Shown: positions 29,389 through 39,053, counted from the stretch's first letter. The stretch: DNA of 64,000 nucleotides from Acidimicrobiia bacterium (GCA_041746105.1 JBGTHP010000003.1:160436-224435), one strand, 5' to 3'. The notes: a model not told the origin generated them from the sequence alone. Program-made: numbers and translations.

Positions 29389-30105
29389 TTGCCGGTTTTT
29401 GTGGCTGAAGCCATCATCGCAAAGGTGAGGATTTTGATCGTTGAAGATGAGGTCGATCTGGCGGATGCGATCGCCAGGGGTATCCGCCGCAGTGGGCACG
29501 GCGTCGATGTTGCCTCGTCGATCGTGGCCGCCGAGCAGAAGCTGGCGGGAGCCGCGTATGACCTGGTCATCTTGGACTGGGGTCTCCCCGACGGTGATGG
29601 GGTTGAACTGTGCCGGATGGTCAAGAACGGGATGCTCCCCACCTTTCTCGATTCGCGGCCCAAGGTGCTGATGTTGACTGCCAGGGATGCACTTGCCGAT
29701 CGGGTAGAAGGACTCGACTCCGGGGCCGATGATTATCTAATCAAACCGTTCGCCTTTGCCGAACTCGAAGCCAGAATCAGAGCGTTGTTGCGCCGGGATT
29801 CCGAGGGCGGAGCCCCCGTGATCGACGTGGCGGGCGTGAGCCTCGACCCTGGAAGATTCGTGGCGAGCAGAGATGGACGCCTTCTCGAACTCACGGTCAA
29901 AGAGTTCACCGTCCTCGAGTTTTTTCTCAGGAACAGCGATGTGGTGCTGAGCCAGGAAACACTGCTCGAGCACTGCTGGGATGAGATGGCCGATCCGTTC
30001 ACGAACACCGTTCGCGTGACGGTTTCGAATCTTCGCAAAAAACTCGGCGCTCCGCCCCTGATCAAGACGATCCCGGGCAGGGGATACGTTCTACGGCCTC
30101 TTTAA
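29389..30105 (+). CDS. OmpR-family response regulator
   Basis: RILIVEDEVDLADAI, DLVILDWGLPDGDG, KPF, winged-helix C-terminus IKTIPGRGYVL. The true start is probably GTG 29401 or 29425. Confidence 0.85.
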   Translation: MPVFVAEAIIAKVRILIVEDEVDLADAIARGIRRSGHGVDVASSIVAAEQKLAGAAYDLVILDWGLPDGDGVELCRMVKNGMLPTFLDSRPKVLMLTARDALADRVEGLDSGADDYLIKPFAFAELEARIRALLRRDSEGGAPVIDVAGVSLDPGRFVASRDGRLLELTVKEFTVLEFFLRNSDVVLSQETLLEHCWDEMADPFTNTVRVTVSNLRKKLGAPPLIKTIPGRGYVLRPL

Positions 30106-30143
30106 CCTGCGGTTTAGCCCGCCATCCCTATTGTGGGACAGCG

Positions 30144-31283
30144 ATGAGGGTCCCCGCCTTTTTCCGGACCGTTCGCTTCCGGTTGGCATTGACATCCTCG
30201 GCCATCGTCTTTGGAACAGGGGCGATGGCCCTGGGTGCGATTTACTTGATGGTTCGGTCCTATCTGGTCAGCGAAACGATCACCCGTCTCAGAGTCCAGG
30301 GTGAAGCCTTCAGGGTGGGGGACAGGGTTTTCATCGTGCCGAGGCAAGTGACGCCGGAGCAGGTCCAGAGCGTTGAGGCGGCTTATCGCCAACTGGTCCT
30401 CAATCGCGTGACCTTGACCACCTTCATCATCCTCGCCGTTTTGTTCGTGTTCAGCCTGGTGATGGGGTGGATGGCGGCGGGCAGGCTGCTTCGGCCAATC
30501 GGGGTGATGACCAAACTCGCACGCGACATCGAGGCTCGTGACCTGAGCAGACGGATCGAAGTCGACGATCGCGACGATGAGCTTGGTCTGATGGCCGCCA
30601 CCTTCAACTCGATGCTCGACCGGCTGGAGCGCTCGTTTTCCCAACAGAAGATCTTCCTTGCGCAGACCTCCCATGACCTGCGGACACCGTTGGCGGTTAT
30701 GCGCTCGAACCTCGATGTGAGCCTGGCCGATCCGCAGACCTCGGCCGAACAGTGGCGGGAAACGGCAGAGGTGGCGCTTCGTGCCGGTGAACGGATGTCC
30801 TCCATGATCGAGTCGCTTCTGACAACCGCCCGGTTCGAATCGGGCGAACTGGAATCCGTCGACATCGATCTCGTGTCGGTCGCCGATCAACTGAGGCGGG
30901 AGGCCGGGGCGAGGGCAAATGTGGATGGGTCCGATGAAGGCCCCGTCATGGTCTGCGGGAATCGAGGCTCTTTGTTGCGGGCCGGAGGAAACCTCGTCGA
31001 GAACGCTATCGCGGTTTCCGACCGGATAACGATCCAGGCGGGTATGGAAGGGGAGTGGGGTTACCTGGCCGTTGCCGATCGCGGCCGGGGGTTTGATCAC
31101 GACCTCTTGCTCGCCAGCCCACGCCTTGGTTTGGCAATCGTGAGAAGTATCGCCGAGGCGCATGCCGGGGTTTTGCTCGCCCTCGATCGGGTGGGTGGCG
31201 GATCCGTCGTGGCGGTTTTTGTTCCCGGCGCCGACAGCCGGCCCGAGGAGCCGCCAGTTGCCATCAGGCTTGCCGGCATTTAG
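30144..31283 (+). CDS. sensor histidine kinase (TM-HAMP-HisKA-HATPase)
   Basis: H-box SHDLRTPLAVM, N-box NLVENAI, G1 DRGRGF, two TM segments. Confidence 0.8.
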   Translation: MRVPAFFRTVRFRLALTSSAIVFGTGAMALGAIYLMVRSYLVSETITRLRVQGEAFRVGDRVFIVPRQVTPEQVQSVEAAYRQLVLNRVTLTTFIILAVLFVFSLVMGWMAAGRLLRPIGVMTKLARDIEARDLSRRIEVDDRDDELGLMAATFNSMLDRLERSFSQQKIFLAQTSHDLRTPLAVMRSNLDVSLADPQTSAEQWRETAEVALRAGERMSSMIESLLTTARFESGELESVDIDLVSVADQLRREAGARANVDGSDEGPVMVCGNRGSLLRAGGNLVENAIAVSDRITIQAGMEGEWGYLAVADRGRGFDHDLLLASPRLGLAIVRSIAEAHAGVLLALDRVGGGSVVAVFVPGADSRPEEPPVAIRLAGI

Positions 31284-31343
31284 AGGGGCTTCCTCTTTAC
31301 CGATTCTTTAACGGAAGTCGTCCATTCTGAGTCGTAGCCAGGT

Positions 31344-32477
31344 TTGGTACAGCCACACGAGGAGACCATGATGACCGTTGTGACGGAGAAGGAATCGATC
31401 GAGCAGGTGACTCCGAGGCGCGCTTCGCGGTGGTCGGCCATGCTTGCGGTTCTGGCCCTTTTTGGTTCCGGTCTCGGAATCGGGTTTCTCTTCTCTGATC
31501 CTGGCACACCGCTCGTGACCGTACCCGCCGTCACCGAGGTCACGGTCGCCGCCCAAGAACCGCCGTTGTCCCCAGCACAACCCGAGACCGATCCCCTGGT
31601 CCCTGGCGACAGCAGCGAACCGATCGCCGACGTGGCGGAGGCCCTGCTTCCTTCGATAGTGCAGATTCAGACCGGAACGGGTGTCGGGGCCGGTGTTATC
31701 TTCAACGCCGATGGCTACATCATGACCGCAGGTCATGTTGTCGAAGGCAACCAATCCGTCGAGGTGAGGCTCTTCGATGGCACGGTTTTGGACGGCGTCG
31801 TCGTGGGGTCCGATGCCGTGAACGACATTGCGCTGATCAAGATCGAGTCGAGTGGCCTGATCCCGGCACCGCTCGCTCTCGACGAGCGACCGCGAGTTGG
31901 TCAGCTGGCGATCGCCCTCGGGAGCCCTTGGGGGCTCGACTCGACGGTCACCTCTGGCATCGTGAGTGCGGTCGATAGAAGCCTGACGGACTTTGGGGGG
32001 ACCCCGCGCTCGATGCTCCAGACAGACGCCGCGATCAACCCGGGAAACTCGGGAGGGCCGCTGGTAGACCGGCTCGGGCGGGTCATCGGCATCAACGTTT
32101 CGATATTCACCGAATCTGGCGCTTCGGACGGTGTTGGTTTCGCAGTTCCGATCGACCGTGCCTTCCGGGTGGCGGAGGCGATCCGCGAGGGACGGCAGTT
32201 CTCCGCGGGGTTCCTCGGGATCCGCGGCGATGACGCCGCGACCGGTTCGGCGCCGGGGGCGGTGATCGTTGAAGTGACCCCGGGTTCCGCCGCTGCTCTT
32301 GCCGGTCTCGAGGTTGGTGACCTTCTGACAGCGATCGATGGTCGATCTGTGACCGGGATCCTCGATCTCGCCGCCCAGATTCGAAATCGTGAAGCCGGGG
32401 ATGAGGTGGTGTTGACGATCATTCGTGACGGAGAGACGATCGAAGTCACGGCCGAGCTGCGCGCCGCCGAGAGCTAG
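31344..32477 (+). CDS. HtrA/DegP-family serine protease with PDZ domain
   Basis: Catalytic contexts TAGHVV, NDIALIK, GNSGGPL. C-terminal PDZ-like GAVIVEVTPGSAAALAGLEVGDLL. Confidence 0.85.
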   Translation: MVQPHEETMMTVVTEKESIEQVTPRRASRWSAMLAVLALFGSGLGIGFLFSDPGTPLVTVPAVTEVTVAAQEPPLSPAQPETDPLVPGDSSEPIADVAEALLPSIVQIQTGTGVGAGVIFNADGYIMTAGHVVEGNQSVEVRLFDGTVLDGVVVGSDAVNDIALIKIESSGLIPAPLALDERPRVGQLAIALGSPWGLDSTVTSGIVSAVDRSLTDFGGTPRSMLQTDAAINPGNSGGPLVDRLGRVIGINVSIFTESGASDGVGFAVPIDRAFRVAEAIREGRQFSAGFLGIRGDDAATGSAPGAVIVEVTPGSAAALAGLEVGDLLTAIDGRSVTGILDLAAQIRNREAGDEVVLTIIRDGETIEVTAELRAAES

Positions 32478-32504
32478 GAGCCCTCTCCCGAGTGGCCGGG
32501 AGCC

Positions 32505-32718
32505 CGGGTCGGTCGACTACGATGAGAAAGCCACCCGGCAAAGGGTGGGTCGTCCGTGTCAGCGAAGTCGGTGTGATCCCGACGCTGTCCCGCAACTGTG
32601 AATCCGAATCCGGCGCCGCCGGAGATGGATGAGCCAGGTCGCCTGACTCGACGATTGGCGAACAAACCTCGGGTGAAGGCACGTTCGTCGGCGAAAGGGA
32701 CCAGCCGACAACCTCCTT
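32505..32718 (+). promoter_or_regulatory. cobalamin (B12) riboswitch aptamer
   Basis: Core AGCGAAGTCGGTGTGATCCCGACGCTGTCCCGCAACTGT (32561-32599) matches the conserved GGTG..A.TCC...C.G.CCCGC.ACTGT core. B12-box-like GAGCCAGGTCGCCTG at 32631-32645. It sits directly upstream of corrinoid transport and cob genes. Confidence 0.8.
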
Positions 32719-32748
32719 CATCCTCCAAGATCTTGGAGGATGCTTTTT
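32719..32748 (+). terminator. riboswitch expression-platform hairpin (terminator-like and SD-sequestering)
   Basis: Perfect 24-nt palindrome CATCCTCCAAGATCTTGGAGGATG (32719-32742) followed by CTTTTT. The 3' arm contains the GGAGGA SD (32735-32740) for ATG 32749. Confidence 0.7.
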
Positions 32749-33732
32749 ATGTCGACCTACCGGTATCGAATAAAGCCGTTCCGACGGCTCGCACTCACTC
32801 TCGCTGTTGTCTTGACTGCGACGGCGTGCGGCGTCGGTGGCGGCGAGACCACCCAACCAGCCGAACCGGATCCCGATGTCCCATCATCGGCAGCGATATC
32901 AACCGGTTTTCCGATCACAATTTCGGCGTCCAATGGCGACGTGGTGTTGGATGCGATGCCAACAGCCATCGTTTCTCTTTCGCCTACTGCGACAGAGATG
33001 TTGTTCGCGATTGGCGCCGGCTCCCAGGTGGTCGCCGTCGACGAGTTCTCCTATTACCCGGAGGAGGCGCCGCTAACCGACTTGTCGGGTTATACGCCCA
33101 ATATCGAGGCGATTGCCGGCTACGCGCCCGACTTGGTCGTTGTCGCCGATGACATCGACGGTGTGATCGGGTCACTCGAAGGTCTGGGCATCCCTGTTCT
33201 GCAACTTCCGGCCGTGGCGAATCTGGATGAGGTTTATACCCAGATAGAGCTGGTTGGGCTGGCGTCGGGGCATAGTGCCGAAGCGACCGCTCTGGCGAGG
33301 GCGATGGCGACATCGATCGAGGATCTGGTGGCGGCGACGCCACGGCCCGAGACGCCGCTGACGTTCATGCACGAGGTCGACGCAAATCTCTACACGGCCA
33401 GTTCTGCCAGTTTCATCGGCCAGATCTACTCACTGATCGGCCTTGTCAACATCGCCGACGCCGTCGATTCGGTCGAGAGTTTTGGCTTTCCCCAGCTGTC
33501 GGAGGAGTACGTGATCCAGGCCGACCCCGACATCATCTTTCTGGCGGATGCCGCCTACGGGGAGTCTGCGGAGACCGTCGCCGCCCGCCCGGGCTGGTCA
33601 GAACTCACGGCCGTGAAGAATGGCTTGGTGATCCCAATCGATGCCGATATCTCTTCGCGGTGGGGTCCGAGACTCGTCGACTTTTTCGAGGTCGTATCGG
33701 CTGCAGCAGCCCTGGCGGCCGGAAAATCGTGA
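32749..33732 (+). CDS. ABC transporter periplasmic-type binding lipoprotein, BtuF/FhuD class (corrinoid uptake inferred)
   Basis: Lipobox-like LTATAC. The LSPTATEMLFAIGAG pattern is typical of the class III substrate-binding protein family. Riboswitch upstream. The longest ORF starts at 32740. Confidence 0.75.
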   Translation: MSTYRYRIKPFRRLALTLAVVLTATACGVGGGETTQPAEPDPDVPSSAAISTGFPITISASNGDVVLDAMPTAIVSLSPTATEMLFAIGAGSQVVAVDEFSYYPEEAPLTDLSGYTPNIEAIAGYAPDLVVVADDIDGVIGSLEGLGIPVLQLPAVANLDEVYTQIELVGLASGHSAEATALARAMATSIEDLVAATPRPETPLTFMHEVDANLYTASSASFIGQIYSLIGLVNIADAVDSVESFGFPQLSEEYVIQADPDIIFLADAAYGESAETVAARPGWSELTAVKNGLVIPIDADISSRWGPRLVDFFEVVSAAAALAAGKS

Positions 33733-34763
33733 GGAGCCGGTCGCCCCATCCCGAACGGCTGTCGGCGGCGACGGTCGGCGTCGGCGTAGCGGCGGTGTTG
33801 GGAATCGCTTGGCTGGGGGCGGTATTGGGCCCGGCCGACCTCGGCGCGGGCGAGGTAGCCAGGGCGATCCTCGATCGTCTGCCCTGGGTGTCGCTCGATA
33901 GTGGGCTCAGCGCCCGCGAAACCGACATTCTGTTTCTGGTTCGGTTGCCCAGGGTGGTGCTCGGACTACTCGTCGGCGCGGCGCTGGCGTTGTGCGGCGC
34001 CGCCTATCAAGGCGTGTTTCGGAACCCTTTGGCCGATCCCTATCTACTCGGAGTGGCGGCCGGAGCCGGTCTCGGCGCCACGCTGGCGGTTGTCGGGGGT
34101 GGCGGATCCACCGGGCTCGTCCCGGTGGCGGCATTTCTCGGGGGACTCGGGGCGGTCGTGTTGACCTATTTCTTGGGCCGGATGGCGGGGTCGGCTTCGT
34201 CCACCACGCTGATACTCGCCGGGGTAGCAGTGGCATCGTTTCTGACCGCGGTCCAGACGTTTGTACAGCAGCGAAACGACGAAACTCTGCGCCAGGTCTA
34301 CTCGTGGATCCTGGGCCGGCTGTCGACCAACGGGTGGTCTGAGGTATCCGGAGTGCTTCCCTATATCTTGGTGACGAGTGTTGTGATCCTCGCCAACCGG
34401 CGCGTTCTCGATGTGCTGGCAGTTGGAGACGCGGAAGCGGCGTCGCTCGGAGTCGACGTTGCCAGAGTCCGCATAATCGTTGTTCTTGCCGCGACGCTCG
34501 GAACGGCAGCAGCGGTTGCGGTGAGCGGTCTGATCGGGTTTGTCGGGATAATCGTTCCGCACGCGGTGCGATTGATGTTTGGTTTTGGCAATCGAATAGT
34601 GCTCCCGTTGGCCGCGCTGGGTGGCGCCGTGTTCCTGACGGCCGCAGACATCGTGGCCAGGACGGCTTTGTCACCGGCAGAACTGCCGATCGGCGTGGTG
34701 ACCGCGTTCACCGGCGCGCCATTCTTCGCACTCGTCTTGAGGAACGCAAGGGTCGAATCATGA
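33729..34763 (+). CDS. FecCD/BtuC-family ABC permease
   Basis: Multi-TM. Motifs RLPRVVLGLLVGAALA, GFVGIIVPH. GTG 33729 overlaps the upstream stop (GTGA). Confidence 0.8.
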   Translation: MRSRSPHPERLSAATVGVGVAAVLGIAWLGAVLGPADLGAGEVARAILDRLPWVSLDSGLSARETDILFLVRLPRVVLGLLVGAALALCGAAYQGVFRNPLADPYLLGVAAGAGLGATLAVVGGGGSTGLVPVAAFLGGLGAVVLTYFLGRMAGSASSTTLILAGVAVASFLTAVQTFVQQRNDETLRQVYSWILGRLSTNGWSEVSGVLPYILVTSVVILANRRVLDVLAVGDAEAASLGVDVARVRIIVVLAATLGTAAAVAVSGLIGFVGIIVPHAVRLMFGFGNRIVLPLAALGGAVFLTAADIVARTALSPAELPIGVVTAFTGAPFFALVLRNARVES

Positions 34764-35575
34764 CCATGCTCACCCTCAACGATGTGGGCGTAACCCAGGG
34801 CGGAGAGACGCTTGTGGAGTCGGTCGGCTTCAGCGTCGAACCCGGAGCGTGGGTGGGCATCATCGGACCCAACGGCGCCGGAAAAACCACAATCCTTCGA
34901 GCGATCGCGGGGCTGATAGAGAGCAGTGGTGACATCTCGGTCGATGGCAAACGAATCAGCCAACTCTCGATCAAAGAACGTGCGCAATGCTTGGCCATGG
35001 TGCCGCAACGCCCGGAGCTCCCGGCACAGATGCGCGTCATCGATTATGTGCTGCTTGCCCGCACATCCCATCTTCGGTTCTGGGAGATGGAAGGTGCAGG
35101 CGATCTGGTCGCAGCGCAGCGGGCTCTCGCCAGTCTCGGATCGGACGGACTCGCGTCAAGGCGTCTCGGCTCACTTTCCGGAGGCGAGGTGCAGAGAGTG
35201 GTACTGGCGCGAGCGCTGGTCCAGGGCGGTCCGCTGTTACTGCTCGACGAACCCACCGCTTCCCTCGATGTTGGGCAAGCTCAAAATGTCATGGCCATGG
35301 TTGACACCATGAGACGAACCCGGGGTCTGACCGTCGTCAGCGCGATCCACGATCTGACACTTGCAGCCCAATTCTGCGACCGGCTGGTTCTGGTGGCCGG
35401 AGGTAGGGTCTCGGCCATGGGCGAGCCAAGAACCGTCCTGACAGAGTCGTCGATAAGAACTCACTACGGCGCCAGGGTTCGCATTCTTCACGAAGAGAAC
35501 GGTTCTCTGGTCATCATTCCGTTGCGAGAATTAGAGCATCTGCCGGGTGTCGGATTGGGAGGACTGAGCAATTGA
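34760..35575 (+). CDS. ABC transporter ATP-binding protein (BtuD/FepC type)
   Basis: Walker A GPNGAGKTT, signature LSGGEVQR, Walker B LLLLDEPT. ATGA overlap with the permease gene. Confidence 0.85.
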   Translation: MTMLTLNDVGVTQGGETLVESVGFSVEPGAWVGIIGPNGAGKTTILRAIAGLIESSGDISVDGKRISQLSIKERAQCLAMVPQRPELPAQMRVIDYVLLARTSHLRFWEMEGAGDLVAAQRALASLGSDGLASRRLGSLSGGEVQRVVLARALVQGGPLLLLDEPTASLDVGQAQNVMAMVDTMRRTRGLTVVSAIHDLTLAAQFCDRLVLVAGGRVSAMGEPRTVLTESSIRTHYGARVRILHEENGSLVIIPLRELEHLPGVGLGGLSN

Positions 35576-36141
35576 CCGAATCTGCCAAACCACCGTCAGA
35601 CAAGCCGGCGGCCGGGACCACCAGGGCTTCTTCGTTGGTGATCGTCAACACCGGCGACGGCAAAGGGAAGTCGACTGCTGCTTTCGGCACGATGATCCGT
35701 GCGCTGGCGCGAGGATGGCGTGTGTGTGTGGTCCAGTTTCTGAAGTCGGGGGAGTGGAAGGTGGGAGAGGAAAAAATCGGCACGGACCTCGGCGCCGATT
35801 GGTTTGCGATCGGTGACGGGTTCACATGGGACTCGGCCGACATCGGAGAGTCAGAAGCCATCGCCAAACACGCCTGGGATTTCGCCGCAGATCGTCTCGC
35901 GTCCGGTGTGTACGACCTGTTGATCCTCGATGAGATCACTTACCCGATGAATTGGAACTGGATCGACGCGGCCGAGGTGGTCGAGTCGATCAGAAATCGT
36001 CCGGACAAGGTCAACGTCATCTGCACCGGCCGGGATGCACCGGAACCGCTCATCGAGATAGCGGACACCGTGACAGAAATGGTCAAGGTCAAGCATGCCT
36101 ACGACCGCGGGATCATGGCGCGCCGCGGTCTCGACTACTGA
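35572..36141 (+). CDS. cobO: cob(I)yrinic acid a,c-diamide adenosyltransferase
   Basis: VIVNTGDGKGKSTAAFG P-loop, LLILDEITY, and KHAYDRG near the C-terminus. TTG start with a GGGAGGA SD. Confidence 0.85.
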   Translation: MTESAKPPSDKPAAGTTRASSLVIVNTGDGKGKSTAAFGTMIRALARGWRVCVVQFLKSGEWKVGEEKIGTDLGADWFAIGDGFTWDSADIGESEAIAKHAWDFAADRLASGVYDLLILDEITYPMNWNWIDAAEVVESIRNRPDKVNVICTGRDAPEPLIEIADTVTEMVKVKHAYDRGIMARRGLDY

Positions 36142-36653
36142 TGCCGTTCACTCTTCTGATCGGTGGGGCTCGCAGTGGTAAGACCCGTTTGGCCGAACGG
36201 CTGGCACAAGCGGCCGGCGGAAGAGTGATCATGATTGCGACGGCAGAGGCTGGTGACGACGAGATGGCGACTCGAATTCGGCGCCACCAGGAGGATCGGC
36301 CCGGCGAGTGGGGCCTCGTCGAAGAGTCGCTCGATCTGTGTGGAGCAATCTCGTCCGCTGCCGACACCGACACTCTCGTGATTGATTGTTTGACGCTGTG
36401 GGCGGCCAACCGATATGACGACCCCGATTTGGAGGACGATGCCGTGAGGGCTGCCGGAATACTGGCGGTCAGAGCGGGAACCGGGATCGTCATCACCAAC
36501 GAGGTGGGAAGCGGCATTGTCCCCGACAACGTCATGGCCAGAAACTACCGCGACCGGTTGGGTCGCATCAATGGCGTCTTTGCGGCGAACGCTTCCGTCA
36601 GTTATCTGGTGGTTGCCGGCAAGGTGATCAAGCTCGAGACGATGGATGCTTGA
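36141..36653 (+). CDS. cobU: adenosylcobinamide kinase / adenosylcobinamide-phosphate guanylyltransferase
   Basis: MPFTLLIGGARSGKTRLAE P-loop and VITNEVGSGIVP motif. The ATG overlaps the cobO stop (TGATG). The upstream part of ORF 35952.. overlaps cobO and is not coding. Confidence 0.8.
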   Translation: MPFTLLIGGARSGKTRLAERLAQAAGGRVIMIATAEAGDDEMATRIRRHQEDRPGEWGLVEESLDLCGAISSAADTDTLVIDCLTLWAANRYDDPDLEDDAVRAAGILAVRAGTGIVITNEVGSGIVPDNVMARNYRDRLGRINGVFAANASVSYLVVAGKVIKLETMDA

Positions 36654-37635
36654 CGTCCTCGATGCCCTCAAGGGTGCCCCCGGCCCGGACGTGATTGCAC
36701 GGCAGGCTGTCGCGTTCCGCTCTGCCAACGTATTGCGGCCCAGCGGAGCGCTGGCGAGATTCGACTACGTAGCGGCCTGGCTGGCCTCCTGGCAGCGATC
36801 GGATTGTCCCCGCGTCGATCGGCCATATCTGCTGCTGGCAGCAGGCGATCACGGTGTCACCGGTCGAGGAGTCAGCGCCTATCCCCAGGCTGTGACCAGG
36901 GCGATGGTCGATGCAATTCGCGCCGGCGTCGCCACCTCTGCCGTGATGGCCCAACTTCTTGGAGTCACCATCCGACTTGTGGACGTCGGGGTCGGGGAAC
37001 CGACAGGCGATATCGTTGAGGTGCCTGCGATGGATGCATCGAGGTTTCGTCGGGCCTTCGATCGCGGGTGGGAAGAAGTGGACTCGATGGACACGGACCT
37101 TCTTCTCGTCGGCGAGATGGGAATCGGCAACACCACGGCGGCGTCGGCACTGTCATACGCTCTCTACGGAGGCAACCCGGAAGACTGGGTCGGGCACGGC
37201 AGCGGAATCGATGCCGAGGCCCTGAAGATGAAGCGATCTGTGGTCGATTCAGCGGCTCAACGCGTGAGCGAAATCAAGGACCCCTTCGCACTGGCGGCCC
37301 AGCTTGGCGGAACCGAACTGGCCGCACTCGCCGGTGGTGTCGCAAAAGCGCGAGTTGAGGGACTTCCGGTTGTAATCGACGGTTTTGTCGCCACCGCCGC
37401 CGTCGCTCCCCTTGCCGTGGCCGTCGAAGGTTCACTGGACCACTGTTTTGCCGGCCACCTTTCTCCTGAGCCCGGCCACCGCCTGCTTGTCGAGAAACTG
37501 GGCTTGAAACCCCTTTTCGATATGGAGATGCGCCTGGGTGAAGGGAGTGGCGCCCTGGCGGCATTGCCTTTGATTCAGCTCGCGTGTGCCATGGTGAACG
37601 ATGTTGCGACCTTCGAGGAATGGGGGCTGCGCTGA
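36646..37635 (+). CDS. cobT: nicotinate-nucleotide--dimethylbenzimidazole phosphoribosyltransferase
   Basis: GEMGIGNTTAASAL motif and the C-terminal MRLGEGSGA motif. Confidence 0.85.
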   Translation: MLDVLDALKGAPGPDVIARQAVAFRSANVLRPSGALARFDYVAAWLASWQRSDCPRVDRPYLLLAAGDHGVTGRGVSAYPQAVTRAMVDAIRAGVATSAVMAQLLGVTIRLVDVGVGEPTGDIVEVPAMDASRFRRAFDRGWEEVDSMDTDLLLVGEMGIGNTTAASALSYALYGGNPEDWVGHGSGIDAEALKMKRSVVDSAAQRVSEIKDPFALAAQLGGTELAALAGGVAKARVEGLPVVIDGFVATAAVAPLAVAVEGSLDHCFAGHLSPEPGHRLLVEKLGLKPLFDMEMRLGEGSGALAALPLIQLACAMVNDVATFEEWGLR

Positions 37636-38354
37636 AGGGGCTCCGTTTTGCAGTGGCCTTCCTCACGAGGATCCCGACGGGGTCGGTCCCGAGTCAAACA
37701 AACGACCTCGCGAAAGCCGTTCCATGGTTCCCGGTGGTGGGGAGCGCGGTAGGCGGGCTGATAGGTGTGGTGTATTGGGCTGCGTCCTCGGCTCTACCCG
37801 CTTTGACTGCTGCTGCGCTGGCGGTGGCCGCCGGTCTCCTACTGACAGGGGCCCTCCACGAGGACGGACTGGCAGATCTGTTCGACGGGCTTGGAGCAGG
37901 CGGCGACAGGGCACGATCGTTGGAGGCCATGAACGACTCACGCCTCGGAACATACGGCGTGGCCGCGCTGGTGATGGGATTGATGCTGAGGGTGTCGTTG
38001 GTAGCGGGTCTGGAGATCGGCGAGGCGGTGCCGGCGCTCATCGGAGTTCACGCCATGAGCCGGGGAGTCGCCGTTTCTGCAATGGGCTTGAAAAGTGCCG
38101 GTCAGGGACTCGGTGACTCGTTCCTTTCGGTCGTCACACGAAACCAGATCGGGTCAGGGGTAGTCGCTGCCCTGGGAATTTCGTTCCTGGCATGGCGTGG
38201 GGTGGCGGCGCTGATCGGCCCGGCCGCTTTTGTGGCGGGGTGGCTGATCGTCGGAGCGGCGCATCGTCGTCTCGGGGGCATCACCGGCGACGTGCTCGGA
38301 GCATCCCAACAAGTCGCCGAACTCGCCGCGCTGTCGATTCTGGTCGCGTTGTGA
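37620..38354 (+). CDS. cobS: adenosylcobinamide-GDP ribazoletransferase (cobalamin synthase)
   Basis: Polytopic membrane protein. FLTRIP N-terminal motif, HEDGLAD, GGITGDVLGA. Confidence 0.8.
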   Translation: MGAALKGLRFAVAFLTRIPTGSVPSQTNDLAKAVPWFPVVGSAVGGLIGVVYWAASSALPALTAAALAVAAGLLLTGALHEDGLADLFDGLGAGGDRARSLEAMNDSRLGTYGVAALVMGLMLRVSLVAGLEIGEAVPALIGVHAMSRGVAVSAMGLKSAGQGLGDSFLSVVTRNQIGSGVVAALGISFLAWRGVAALIGPAAFVAGWLIVGAAHRRLGGITGDVLGASQQVAELAALSILVAL

Positions 38355-38869
38355 GCGTCGTCCTTTGGCTGATCCGGCACGGGGAAACGGACTGGAACCG
38401 CCAACGACGCCTGCAGGGTTGGTCGGATATCCCCTTGAATGCGACAGGGATGAGCCAGGCCCGCCAACTGGCAACGGAGCTGGGGGGGTCCGCGTTTGGG
38501 TCGGTGATCAGTTCCGATCTCGTGAGGGCAGTCGAGACCGCCCGGCTCTCCGGGTTGACCGCCCGACTCGATCCCGCTTGGCGCGAGATGAACTTCGGCA
38601 GCCTGGAAGGGGCGTTCTGGCCGGCCCTCGACACACAAACCCAGGCTGCGATGGTTGGTTTCGATTCTTTCGAGCCCCCAGGCGGAGAAACCGCTCAGGT
38701 TTTTCGGGACCGAGTATTGCGGGCGGCAGGTGAGTTACCGGACGGCGATCATGCAGTATTCACCCATGGCGGCGTGGTCAGGTTGCTGCAGAGGATGTGC
38801 GGTGGAGAAGGATTCCCCTCGCATGGGCAAGTGATAAAGGTGGATTGGCGGGAACGGGTGATCCTTTAG
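38351..38869 (+). CDS. cobC: histidine phosphatase family protein (alpha-ribazole phosphatase inferred from context)
   Basis: LIRHGETDWN RHG motif. GTG 38351 overlaps the cobS stop (GTGA). Last gene of the cob cluster. Confidence 0.7.
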   Translation: MSVVLWLIRHGETDWNRQRRLQGWSDIPLNATGMSQARQLATELGGSAFGSVISSDLVRAVETARLSGLTARLDPAWREMNFGSLEGAFWPALDTQTQAAMVGFDSFEPPGGETAQVFRDRVLRAAGELPDGDHAVFTHGGVVRLLQRMCGGEGFPSHGQVIKVDWRERVIL

Positions 38870-39053
38870 ACGAAAGACTCGGAACCGCGAGGAGGCCGTG
38901 GTTTGACTTGACCGTCCATTCGGGTAATCGTTGCTGTATATGGATCTCTTCGCAGGCATCGATCTGAGGCTTCTTGCGCCGCTTCTTGCCATCGCCGCGA
39001 TGTGCCTCGGGGCAGTGGTAGCCGAAATCCGAGACCGCAGCCGGTAGCCCCAG

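Noticed and set aside
30114-31163. 349-aa ORF antisense to the histidine kinase
   Set aside because: Shadow ORF. The sense strand has H, N and G boxes.
35952-36140. 63-codon upstream extension of the cobU ORF
   Set aside because: It overlaps cobO in another frame. The P-loop N-terminus MPFTLLIGGARSGKT starts exactly at ATG 36141, overlapping the cobO stop.
38940-39047. 35-aa hydrophobic micro-ORF (MDLFAGIDLRLLAPLLAIAAMCLGAVVAEIRDRSR) between cobC and the acyl-CoA dehydrogenase gene
   Set aside because: It has no SD and only a weak promoter-like TTGACT/TAATCG upstream. It is too short to judge from sequence alone, though it could be a leaderless small membrane protein. Conservation or Ribo-seq would be needed.
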